Assembly: GCF_006345805.1 (NCBI RefSeq)
Contig: NC_042998.1
Span: 106,330,001 to 106,394,000 of the forward strand
From: Octopus sinensis
Taxonomy: Eukaryota
DNA: 64,000 nucleotides
Direction: 5' to 3'
The position numbers and the translations under genes are program-made. Below, in pieces: positions 50,320-62,859 of this stretch (its first letter is position 1; every line of letters begins with the position of its first letter). Below the pieces are notes generated by a model, which was not told where the DNA came from, did not search any database, and saw nothing but the letters and a program-made list of their open reading frames with translations.

Positions 50320-50712
50320 GCAGTATCGCCCAGCATTGCTTGGGTTTGTTTCGACTCTTTAGAATTGGAATTTTTGAAAAGTAAAAATTTTACATTATGT
50401 AGCTTGTTATTCTCTTTAAGCGAACATTTTTCTGGTTGAAATACACTGAAAAATGGCGACACAGCAGTAAAAAAATTGTAAAAAGTAGGGATTTTCATAG
50501 AAAAAAGCACCTTTTTGATGTAAATAACTTTTGGTGTTAACATGGTCCAATTTGAATTTTTTCTTCTACGGAAGGGAGAGGAAGCCTTCTATCATACTCT
50601 CAATTTTGGTCAACTTGTGCCACAGGGTCTCGGAGAAGATAGTGTTAGATGAAGGCTACCAAACCTGCCACACACACACACACAGACAACTTCAGCTTTT
50701 TATAAAGAGAGA
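50320..50712 (+). mobile_element. Non-autonomous Helitron/Helentron-like element (HINE/DINE-type)
   Basis: Starts ACTAGCAGTATCGCCCAGCATTGCTTGGG (5' hairpin), internal (CA)n, ends TTTTTATAAAGAGAGAT. Confidence 0.55.
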
Positions 50713-52059
50713 TATGAATGGCAAATCAAATTAATACACTTGACAATGTTATCTAGTGGTTGTCTTTTGAGATGTGACATCGATCATCATTTGTTACTGA
50801 AAGAACACTGGTTCACACATACAGACTTTCACATAGAGTTGAAATGCTTCCACTACCAGTTTGCTATCACCCCTCCCTTCCTTCCTTATTCATCTATAAC
50901 CCCTTTCTTTCATATTCATATGTCGTGACAGAGAAAAACTCAAGAGTATCATTATAGTAGATATTTGTTTGTGCATACCATTGTCTTGAGGTTACGTGAT
51001 GGTTGCAAAAGAGTATGTTGTTAATTTCCAGCCCTCCATTACCTTGCTTAGAAGTTTGATAACAGGAAGGGCATTCAGCCATAGAAAATCTGTCTCAACA
51101 AATTTCATTTGACCCATGCCAGCATGGAAAAGTGGATGTTAAAATGATGATGAATGATTCTGTCCAGTCATCATCATCATCACCATAATTTAACATCCAT
51201 TTCCCATGTTGGCATGGGTTGTACGGTTTGACGGAAGCCAGCAAACTGGAGAACTTCACAGGCTCCAGTTGTCTGTTTTGTTATGGTTTCTATGGCTGGA
51301 TGCCCTTCAGATCACTTTACATAGTTTACTAGGTGCTTTTTATGTGACACCAGCACTTTATACATGGAAGCAGAATAGGTACTTTATATGTAGCACCAGC
51401 ATGGGTGCTTTATATATGGCACCAGCATGAGTACGTTATATGCAGCATCAACATGGGTGCTTTTACACGGTACCAGCATGGGTACTTTTTATGTAGCACC
51501 AACAAGGGTGCTTTTTATGTGGAACTAGCACCCATGAGCTCACAAGACAAGGACCTCTCAGATGATAGAGGGAATACAACTGAGAGATTATAGTATGATA
51601 GGTACAGAGGGGACCTCTTACTATCAAGAAGACACTTGAAGATACTTGGCTGCATCAGTAAGACAAGGAAGGAGAGGATGGTAAGAGAGACAGACAGATG
51701 GAGTGAGAGAGAGATAGAGAGAGCCTGCCCACAGGGAACAGAGAGGATAGTATAAGTGGTACAGAGGGAATAGAGGGGGATGTTCCATAAGAGTGTGAGG
51801 GGAGATGTTTAGAGATAGCAAGTAATGTTGAGTGGAATTGGAGTGTCTGAGAGTGGGGAGAGGATATGTGAGAGTATGGAGAGTGTGTGGATAGACATTT
51901 GAGAGACAGGAAGGACCTGCAGTGGGTGGTGGGATGTGAGGAAGCTGGGTTGTAGGGAAGTTTGTTTGAGAACAGAATGTGTGAGGAGGGGTATAGCCAT
52001 TAAGAACATACTTGTATGTATGGTAGGGGGGGGGCTCATTAAGCTGTCCTGTAGGAACG

Positions 52060-52860
52060 GCCATTTATCCTCCTCCTTCTTGTCAATTGCTTCAAGTAGA
52101 CTGTCTCTAAATCTCTGACTATTCAGAAGATCCATAAGCTTCCAGACCTTTGCTTTCCAGACTAGTTCTCTTCTTGACAATCTTCTTGTCCTGAGTCTGA
52201 AGCAGTGGTGAACTGGCCAGGTTGCCAGCTTGCCCGCGGGTAAGTAGGTCCCTATGCCATTATATGCCATATATGGGGGCCAATCCCCTCAAGTTTGAGA
52301 ATTTTTTATTCACTCCTGGAAGAATGCATTATTTCAGCCTGTGTTTGTACACACTTGAAAAGAATACTTTTAACAAAAAAAAAAAAATTAAAAGATAGCA
52401 TTGTAGTTGTTGATGGAACCTCCCTTGTAATTGTGGATGGGCCCTCTTAGTCTCCTGGCAACCAATATTTTTAGACCCAGTCCACCACTGGTCTGAAGTC
52501 ACTAATGACTAACCTATTTTGAGGAGTGCACTCTTCGCCTGAGAAGATTTTTGCCTTTATAATCAACCATCTTTACTACTTTCTAATAAGAATGTAGTAA
52601 ATCTAGTTTGAGTCACCACCAGACTGACAGGTGAACAGGTGACTGCTTAATTTTCCTGAAGATAGTGTTACAGTTGATAAGGTCATTCGCTTCACAGAAC
52701 TCCATCAACTTAGTTCCCTCTTCATTGTAGGAACTGACTCCATGGCTCCCATGCATCCCATGGAAGCAGCTCACTGCTGCTGACCATACCCATTGTAGAC
52801 ACCACCATTTGTCAATGCTGTAACAATTTTGCCAATCCATTGTAGTAAGACCTGGCTACT
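52060..52860 (-). pseudogene. RTE APE-endonuclease and linker fragment
   Basis: FHGMHGSHG...NEEGTKLMEFCEANDLINCNTIFRK; WKAKVWKL...QRFRD. Confidence 0.75.
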
Positions 52861-53344
52861 ATCTAATACTTTTTATACATTTAGCAAACATTCCAATGTG
52901 CATTGTATTTGTCAATTTCTCAACACCAACAGCTGAAATAAGTTTTAGTACACCTCACTTAATCTGTATAACACTTTTAATAAGTTAGCAATGTATGTTG
53001 AATATTTCAATGCAAGATATTGCTCAAATTATGTTCAATTCACACTCTTACACAATAGCTCATAACTAGACCAGCCTTTTAAATTGTCTGCTCACTTTCT
53101 TTTCTACTTTTTTGCTTAATAACAAATTTATATAGGCATGAATGAATAAATAATTTAAATAAAACATCATGCATAAAGTTGTTTTATAGGTTTCATGAAG
53201 AATGATTGAAAGATTTAAGTTTTTATGTTTTCCATACACTTATGTGCAAAATTATGAAGGTACAAGCCAATGAGATAGCTTCTACATGGTTGCTGAAGCT
53301 GCTAAAAATACCAAACAAATCTCTCTTTCAACCCATATATATAT

Positions 53345-54080
53345 CATTATCATCATCATCGTTTAACGTCCGTTTTCCATGCTAGCATGAGTTGGACGGT
53401 TTGACCGGGGTCTGGGAAGCCAGTAGGCTGCGCCAGGCTCCAGCCTGATCTAGCAGTGTTTCTACAGCTGGTTGCCCCTCCTAATGCCAACCACTCCATG
53501 AGTGTAGTGGGTGCTTTTTATGTGCCACCGGCACAGGGGCCAGAAGGGGCTGGCAAACGGCCACGATTGGTTGGTGCTTTTTATGTGTCACCAACACAGA
53601 CGCCAGTCAGGCGGCACTGGCATCAGCCACATTCAGATGGTGCATTTTATGTGCCACCGGCACGGGTATCTTAACTACAATTTCGATTTGATTTTTATTT
53701 TGATATTGGTGTTGACGTACTTGACTCAATAGGTCTCCTCTAGAACAGCGGGTTACTCTACGAACCAAGGTTAGCACAGCAGGTTATCCTGCAAGCCATG
53801 AACTCACTTCATTTTTCGGGTGAAAACCCAAAAAATTAAGTGAGTTCATGGCTCACATTTTTCGGGCGAAGACCCAAAAAATTAAGTGAGTTCATGGCTC
53901 GCAGGACGGCCTGCTGTGCTAACCTTGGTTCGTAGAGTAACCTGCTGTTCTTGAGGAGACCTATTGAGACAAGTACGTCAACACCAACGTCAAAACAAAA
54001 ATCAAATGGAAATTGTAGTTAAGATACGCATGCCGGTGGCATGTAAAAAGCACCATCTGAATGTGGCTGATGCCAGTGCT
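53345..54080 (-). mobile_element. RTE 3' UTR insertion with inverted duplication of its 5' part
   Basis: (ATC)n tail at 53345; arms about 53615-53820 and 53828-54078. Confidence 0.85.
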
Positions 54081-54093
54081 GCCTATATATATA

Positions 54094-54130
<37 letters not shown>

Positions 54131-54426
54131 AGTAGGGAATATAAAATTCCAAACTTACAGAGAAAAATTCATAGACCTGAAGAGTGGCTATATTTTTAGA
54201 CTAAATTAATTTTAAATCGAATCAATTTTAATAGTATCGATTTTATTATTATCTTTTTAAAGATATAGTCCTGAAACACACATATTCAATTTAATGTTTC
54301 TTTAATTTAGTAAAATTTAGAATAATATTTATTATAATATATTAAATTTTTTTTCTATATGATTTAATATAGATAATATCTTTCACTATCAATTGAATTA
54401 CTTAATAGATGTTATTTCTCTTAATT

Positions 54427-54470
<44 letters not shown>

Positions 54471-55018
54471 CATGCGTGTATGTGTGCATATATATACCAA
54501 GCCATATAAAAGTAAAAGGACACATAGGTGATGTAGTCCAAGCTACACTATTCCTGTAAAAAGACAAGATGTTCAAGGTTTGAATGTCTTTGACCATAGG
54601 TCTGTTTGATCTGGATTGATCTAAGGCTTAACAACAATAATTCTTTTCTAATTTTTGCAAAAGGCCTGCAATTTTAGGAGATGGGGTTAAGTTAATTACA
54701 TGACCCTAGTGCTCAACTGACACATACTTTATTGACCTTGAAAGAATAAAAAGCAAAGCTGACTTCAGCAGCATTTGAACTCAGAACATATAGCCAGAAG
54801 AAATGCCACTAAGCATTTTGTCCAGTATGCTGTTGATTCTGCCAGCTTGCTAATAATAATAATCTACTATAATAATACTCTTGTGTTTTTCTCTGTCACA
54901 ACATTAGAATGAGAAAGGAAGGGGTGATAGATGAATAAGGAAGGAAGGGGTGATGGCAAACTGATAGCGGGAGCATTTCAACTCTGTGTGAATATATGTG
55001 TGTGTATGTAAAAGGGAG

Positions 55019-55049
<31 letters not shown>

Positions 55050-55611
55050 CAATGGAAGTGGGATGGTGAACCTTCAACGCTGAAAAGAAAAGCCAAAAGG
55101 CATTTCAACTGTGTGTGAGTATATGTGTATATGTGTGTGCATGTACAAGGGAAGTATGTGAATGAATGTGTGAACCAGTGTTCCTTCAGTAACAAACGAT
55201 GATAAATGTCACATCTCAAAAGACAACCACTAGGTAACATTGACAAGAGTATTAATTTGAATTATCATCCATATTCTATCTTTTGTCCATATTTATATAT
55301 AAAATACTACAATTAGCCATCATTTTTGACAGCACAGGGCTAGCTAGTAATAATAATAATAATAATGATAATAATAATAATCCTTTCTACAATAGGCACA
55401 AGATCTGAAATTTGTGGCAAGGAGACTAGTCAATTACATCAACCCCAGTGCTCTGCAAGTTCTTATTTTATCAACCCCAAAAGGATGAAAGGTAAAGTCA
55501 ACCTTAGTTTCATGTGAATTCAGAACACAAAGATGAACAAAATGCCACTAAATATTTTGCCTAGCATACTAAGACTTCTGCCAGCTTCCTGCCTGAATAA
55601 TAATAATAATA

Positions 55612-55662
<51 letters not shown>

Positions 55663-55949
55663 TGATGATGACGACGACGACAACTCCCCCCCCCCATCAA
55701 TTTCGATGTATGAGTGTTTGAAGAAGAGGATATAGAGAGAGAGAGAGAAAAAAGAAAAACCAAGGTTAAAAATAAAAGAAGTTGTATCTATTTACAATGG
55801 ATGTGTGAATGTCATTTGAGTGCAGATATAGATTTTGTTATGAAGTCACAATGGGGACGCTGATGATTTTGATTTTTGACTGGGACTGCACAAATGTGTC
55901 TGTTGTTGATTGCAAGATATAATTTTGTTATTGTTCTGTTTCTTCAACT

Positions 55950-57410
55950 CAAAATTGTTTTGCTGCATCATGACACATTTTACACCATGCAAATTGATCC
56001 TAGCAATGACTTTCCAAAGATGTCAAATTAAGCTGTAGATACTTTAGTGATTGCTTCAACTTATCTTTATATCTAAGGACAGGTCTTCCTTTACTGCAGT
56101 ATCCCTCTACTTGTTGGTCATACAAAAGAATTTTCAGAATGCAATCATCTTTCATTTGAACAACATGTCCTACCCTTCTGCATTGAATTCTCAACAGCAT
56201 GCTTTTGATACTGGATATATCACATTTTTCTAAGATTTTGACATTTGGTATCTTATCTTACCATTTTATACATTATTTGCTTTGTTTACATTATTTACAT
56301 TTGACAGATATTTGTCCTCATCTTGTTCATTTTTAACACATTTCGGCTGATATACCCTCCAGCCTTCATCGGGTGTCTTGGGGAAATTTTGAACCAGGAT
56401 TCTCATTCCTAAGATATTTTTTGATGTTATTGTTATTATTAATATTATTATTATTATTATTATTATTATTTAGGTCACTGCCTGGAATTGAACTCAGAAT
56501 CTTGGGGTTAGTAACCTGTACTCTTAACCACAACACCATATGCCCATGTGCAAAATGAGGACAAATATCCATCAAATGTAAATAATGTAAATAAAGTAAA
56601 TAGTGTACATAATTCCTCATCTCTTAAATATAGAACTGTATTACCATTTTATGTTGCAGATATTGTGCAGACTGCACTTGTGAAAGGTTTCAAGTTTCTT
56701 TATATGTCTGTTTTTGGGAGTCCATGCTTCTGCCCCCATACAAAAATGTCCTCAAAATACAAAATTTGTATACACTTATATTACTTTCCAGACTGACACC
56801 ATGTTCATCCAACAGATGATGGGAAAGTTTCTCCAAAAACACTTGTAGCCTTAAATATTCTAACATTGATTTCATCATCAAGAGTACTCTTAAAGTTTAC
56901 TGTACTTCCAAGCTATTTAAATGACCTGACCCATTTGAGTGGCTTGTTGTCAATCATCACATTTGAATATGTTCTGCCCCATGCTTTGGTTGGAATAAAA
57001 CTTCGGTCTTCTTGATGCTAAAAGTCAGTCTAAATGCACAAGCTGCAGTAGCAAACCTGTTGATAGTTTCTTAGATTCCCTTAAATGTATAAGAAATTGA
57101 AGTGAAATCATCATCAAAAAGAAAATCATGTAGAATCTCTTCCTTGGTCTTTTCTTTTGATCTGAAATTTTGCCCTTTTGGGTTTAGTAGGCCTTCTGTG
57201 CAAAACTGAAATTTTACACCTTCATGGTAATCCCTAAAAGTATATTGGAACATCATCAAAAAGAATAAGGAAAAAAAGTACAGGAGCTAAAACACAGCCC
57301 TGTTTCATTCTAGTGGCAAGAGAAAGTACCTCTGAATGTTGACTGCTAGATGTCACTGTTGCCATCATTCCTTTGTGCAAAAACACTATTACCCTGAGAA
57401 TTCAGTCAGA
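55950..57410 (-). pseudogene. Decayed RTE (BovB-like) LINE, a different family from copies 1-3
   Basis: GVKFQFCTEG...LHDFLFDDD; RRVGHVVQMKDDCILKILLY...GRPVLRYKDKLK. Confidence 0.8.
56270..56640 (-). mobile_element. tRNA-headed element with hammerhead-like motif and 5' inverted tail copy; 12-bp TSD
   Basis: TSD TTACCATTTTAT at 56258-56269 and 56641-56652; A/B boxes in 56472-56545; HHR-like motif at 56335-56377. Confidence 0.8.
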
Positions 57411-58734
57411 TGGGTCAGACATGTTGTTTGAATGAAAGATGACTACATTGATAATTTTTTTTTAGTAGTCATGCAGACCCCTCCTGCAGGAATATGCTCT
57501 TCCCCAACTTTCAGTAATACCCTAATCACCTAGCATGAAACTGACCTACTAGCTACCCCAGGGCTTGTAAGTCCTGTGAACTGCATGGCAACCTCAATAG
57601 TTTGGTAGCATGAAAAAAGTACCCAGTCTATACTGTAAAATGGTTGACATTAAGAAGAGCATTTAGTGGTAGAATTTATGCCAAAGTAAACAGTGGCATT
57701 TGATGCAGTCCTTGGACACATTGGTGACTGTCAAACTGTCCAACCCATTAAAAACATTAAGTAGGTTAAAGAGGGTCACAGATTATTGCTACTGAGAAGA
57801 ATAGTCCTCAAAATCCCACAAATTTTCTGTTATGTCTCTCAGCAACACACAAATTATGGGTTCAAATCATTCCTGAGTTAATAATTTAATTTACCAAATC
57901 AGTAACTGATTTCTTTCTCAAAATCTATTTATTCCCTCAATTTTTCAAAGGCCTAGTAACTACTTGTAAAATGATGACTTGTTGAAGAAGTTTGATAAGA
58001 CTGAAACATGTCTGGAATTATTTACTGAATCTAGCAAAGATTAAATTCACTTTTTATTTCATACCACTGTAACAGAGCTTAGATTTGAAAGCATATCAAC
58101 TTAGTAATGAGAAATAGGCCACAGCATATCAGGTGATCTTGGCCTAATTGTGAGCCAATAGTATTTCAAATGCAATCATTTGAGACTGTAAATTGAAATG
58201 CATGCTACATGTATCAGTGGAGACAATAGAAATCCTTGAGCTGGCAGGTTGTTTGGTTGCTGCTCAACCTCTAGTTAATAGGAATCATTTGCCCACAAGA
58301 AATACAGAACTTTTCCACTTCTCACAACATGTATCTCAAAAGATATAGCTATCTTTTCTAGCAAGTAAGCAATCATATATATAGAGATAAATGCTTATCT
58401 AGACATTTCTGGTCCATATTTACTCTTGGCAAAAACCTCTGTACACTTTTATGTAAATAAACGGTTTCATCAAAAACTTTGAGTGGACTTGGTTTTAATA
58501 TGGGTAACAACAACACAGCCAAAATTAGTCCTACAAATAATTCAACACCTATTTAATCAAACTTATACAGTGTTATCTTACCTGTCATTCTTGAAATGAA
58601 CATACTATCATTAATATTAATGTTTAATTTTTTTTCATTATAATGTAATATTTATTAAATATAATTTGCTACATTTACTAACACAGACTCCACTTAACTC
58701 TTACACAGACACACAAATACATACACACACACAT

Positions 58735-58925
58735 AGATATATATATACTTATACATATATATGACGGGCTTCTTTCAGTTTCCATCTACCAAATCCACTC
58801 ACAAGGCTTTGGTTGGCCTGAGGCTATAATAGAAGACACTTGCCCAAGGTGTCATGCGGTGGGACTGAACCCAGAACCATGTAGTTCATAAGCAAGCTAC
58901 TTACCACACAGCCACTCCTATGCCT
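58735..58925 (-). mobile_element. CORE-type SINE, 5' half
   Basis: Near-consensus match to the head of 59564-59971. Confidence 0.85.
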
Positions 58926-59563
58926 ATAACTATGTTTTTCATACAGTAGACATCTCACTAAAATTTTCTGCATTTGCTATTATTGAGAGAACCTCATAAT
59001 CACTTGATTCCAGATAAGTCATAAGTTTATCTCAAACCACATCCACAGAAGATCATTTTTTTTACCAAGCATTTAGTCATGGAAGGAAGGGCAGCATCCA
59101 TGACTCATTATAAAGCCTCTAAGACAGGTTGAAAGAAGTGGAGAAGTTATTGTCCAATCAGAGCCCCAGCCTGAAAGCTTGCAACAGAGGGAACTACAGT
59201 AAAGCACATCTAAGAAACAGGTGTTAAGCACAGCAAAGGATTAGGTCTATTCCACTACCACCAAGACTCAGAACACAAAAAGACACAATACCATAAGGCA
59301 TGTTGTCTGTCCTTCTAGCTATTGTACCAACCCACCTCCCAGTATTAATCTTTTACTTGTTTCAGTCACTGGGTTTCGATGAACAAATCAACTCTAGTAC
59401 TTATTTCTAAGCCTGGTACTTATCTTTCAATCTTTTTTGTTGGAGCACTAAGTTAAAGGGACATAGACAAACCAACAGTGGTCGTCAAACAGTGGTGATG
59501 AACACTAAATAAAAAGCACCCAGTCCACTCTCTAAAGTAGTAGGTATTAGGATGGACACCCAG

Positions 59564-59971
59564 TTACTCTTTTACTTGTTTCAGTCATTTGACTGCGGCC
59601 ATGCTGGAGCACCGTCTTTAGTTGAGCAAATCGACCCCAGGACTTATTTTTTTGTAAGCCTAGTACTTATTCTATCAGTCCCTTTTGCCGAACCACTAAG
59701 TTACGGGGACATAAACACACCAGCATCGATTGTCAAGCAATGTTGGGGGGACAAACACAGACACACAAACACACACACACACACATATATATACATATAC
59801 ATATATACGACGAGCTTCTTTCAGTTTCCATCTACCAAATCCACTCACAAGGCTTTGGTTGGCCCGAGGCTATAGTAGAAGACACTTGCCCAAGGTGCCA
59901 TGCAGTGGGACTGAACCCAGAACCATGTGGTTGGTAAGCAAGCTACTTACCACACAGCCACTCCTGCACCT
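59564..59971 (-). mobile_element. Full-length young CORE-type tRNA-derived SINE (about 400 bp)
   Basis: GGTGCAGGAGTGGCTGTGTGGTAAG head, GGTTCAGTCCC B-box, CCTTGGGCAAGT core, internal microsatellite, tail GGTGCTCCAGCATGGCCGCAGTCAAATGACTGAAACAAGTAAAAG. Confidence 0.9.
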
Positions 59972-60669
59972 TATAAAAAAAAACATTTCAAAACAGACAA
60001 TGGAGCTTGGCACAGTCCCCAGGTTTACCAGCTCCTGTCAAACCATCCAACCCATGCCAGCATAGAAGACGGACATTAAATGATGATGATGATGATGTGT
60101 GTGTGTGCAAGGTTATTACCAGTTCAAATATGCTTGGGACATATTCAAATCTATAAAAAAGCCATTCACTCTTTTGTCATGGAGAAAATTTCTCACCATA
60201 GATAAATGGTGTAAATGCACCAAAATAAGCTCACAGTGCCACCTACTCAGATTATGAGATGCAAACATTTTAAAGACTCACAACCTCAAATTTTAATTCT
60301 GTCTAAACTTTCGTAGATAAAATAATTGCAATAATTCTTTTAGAATAATAATTCTGTTTTCTTACACATAACCTTTGTCTGATCAGATTATAAACTTTTA
60401 GTAGAGTATTAAATAAAAAAAAAAGTTCATCTTTGAATCAAATGTTTATTTCTAAAATAGGTCTCCAGTGTAGTAGAGAGATCTGCCAGTTATATTGATC
60501 CCAGTATGAAAGACACTGTTGAAATACAAGGTATTCTGTTTGTCATACAAGCTATTTCTGCTACTCCATCAAATGTGAATAAGAAATTACCAAACTTCAG
60601 TTTCATCAAGCATTTTTATACAATTAACTTGTAACTCTCTTTGAAGCAAGCTAACTAAAACATCTTTTA

Positions 60670-61010
60670 TCTTTACACGTTTCAGTCATTGGAATGTACT
60701 TATTTGAAGTACTCATTTTTTTAAAACCTGGGACTTTTTAATCAGTTTCTTTTCACCAAACCATTAAGTTGCAGGGGTGTAAACAAACCAGCACTAGTTG
60801 TCAGGCAGTGGGGGAAGAGACACAAATACAAAGACACACACATAAGTCTATGATGGGCTTCTTTCAGTTTCAGTGTACCAAATCCACTCACAAGGTTTTG
60901 GTTGATCTAGGGCTACAGTAGAAGACACTTGTCCGAAGTGCTGCACAGTTGGACTGAATTTGAAAATATATGGTTGGGAAGCATACTTTTTAATCTCTCA
61001 GCCATGCCTA
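60670..61010 (-). mobile_element. CORE-type SINE, diverged
   Basis: Colinear with 59564-59971. Confidence 0.75.
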
Positions 61011-61079
61011 AAAAGCAGAACTCAATATAAAATATTTTTCTTTATCTTAACATTTTAATATATATGAATACAGAACGTT

Positions 61080-61430
61080 GGACCTCACAGAAGCAAAGTG
61101 GTGGAGTTCCTTTCAAGTGTTGGGCCTCACAGAGGCAATGACCAAGACTTTGGCATTATGTTGTGCTTGAGAAGGAGACCCATGAAGCTGAGCAAAATCA
61201 CAGTCTTGGCAGATATCAGTGTCATGCAAATGGCACCCATGTCAGTGTCATGTAAAATCACCTGTTACACTCTTGGAGTGGTTGATGTTAGGAAGGGTAT
61301 CCAACCATAGAAAACCATGCCAAATCAGACTGGAGTCTGGTGCAGCCTTCCAGTTTACCATCCCTGGTCAAACCCACCAACCCATGCCAACATGAGCAAC
61401 AGACATTAAATGATGATGACAATGATGATA
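61080..61430 (+). mobile_element. Diverged RTE C-terminus and 3' UTR
   Basis: TTGGGCCTCACAGAGGCAATGAC, GGAGTGGTTGATGTTAGGAAGGG, (GAT)n-like tail. Confidence 0.75.
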
Positions 61431-62859
61431 TTGGTTTCAAATTTCAGCACAAAGCCACCAGTTTGTGGGGAGGGATTAAATCGATTGCATCAACCCCAGT
61501 GCTCAACTGGTACTTATTTTATCAACCCTGAAAGGATGATAGGCAAAGTTGACTGCAGGGGAATTTGAACTCAGAACATTTTGCCCAGAGTGCTAACAAT
61601 TCTGCCAGCTCACTACCTTATATGAATATACATAATAACAATGACACAGGCATGGCTGTGTTAGTAAGAAACTTGCTTCCCAACCACACAGTTTTGGATT
61701 CAGTCCCACTATATGGTTCCTTGAGCAAGTGTCTTTTGCTCAGGCCAACAAAAGCTTTTGAGTGAATTTGTTTGATAGAAATTCTGTCAGTGTGTATATG
61801 TGTGTGTGAGAGAGTTCTTGTGCCACATTTAATAGGAGGGAATATTTGGTGAGGACTGTAAACATGATATGGATTGTCAGAAAACCTTTGTTTCAAACAG
61901 CGTAACTTTGCCTTCCAATACAAGCTTATATGCAAATCAAGAAACTGCATTTTTGCAGCTATTTGACTTACAAAACATAGCAGTCAGTTCTCTGACAAAA
62001 TACATGTTTCTGTTCATAAAATGAAGGATGAGTTGAATAAAACAGTCTTTGATATATTATATCTGAAAAAATAATATATAAATGGTTCCAGGTTAGAATG
62101 TCTTAGATTGTAAATGTATTCAATCAGGATTGACCTAATTCTAAACAATTTTAGTGTGTATGTGTGTGTGTGTGTGTGCGCAAATAAGTCTGTGTATATG
62201 TTTGTTTATATGTGGCTATGCATGTGTATGTACACATACATGCTTACAGCTATGACACAACTAAAATACTAATTCAAATAAAAATTAAGATTAAGTAACA
62301 TGAGATGTGTATCAAATACAATGTATAATATATGATGGCTGCATGAATCTAGTTGATATATAGCCATCATATTATGTGATATGTGTACGACAATTCACAT
62401 CAATGTTATCATTTACATATTGTATGTAGTGTGTAGGAGGCTAAGCAGCCATAAAAAAAACATTTATCACATATCTGTACATATACTAAACATTCCACAC
62501 ACACACATACAGAAACATAAGTATTTATATCTATATCTATCATCATCATCATCATCATCATCATTTAATGTCTGTTTTCCATGCTGGCATGTTTTGCATG
62601 GTTTGACAGAAGCTAGACAAACCAGAGAGCAGCACCAGGCACCATTGTCTGCTTTGGCATGGTTTCTACAACCCTTCTTAATATGACTTTACAGAGTTTA
62701 CTGGGTACTGCTTATGGGGCACCTGCAGGGCTGCTTCTTAATGAGACACCAACACCAGCCAGACAAAGACCTCTCAGCAGCAGTTGAACCAAGGGTGGTG
62801 GCTTTGAGCCAGTTGAGAGGTTAGAGGTTAGAGGGATACAGATAAGTGTCTTACTATAA

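Noticed and set aside
56472-56545. Functional tRNA gene
   Set aside because: A/B boxes present but acceptor and anticodon stems do not pair; it is a SINE head
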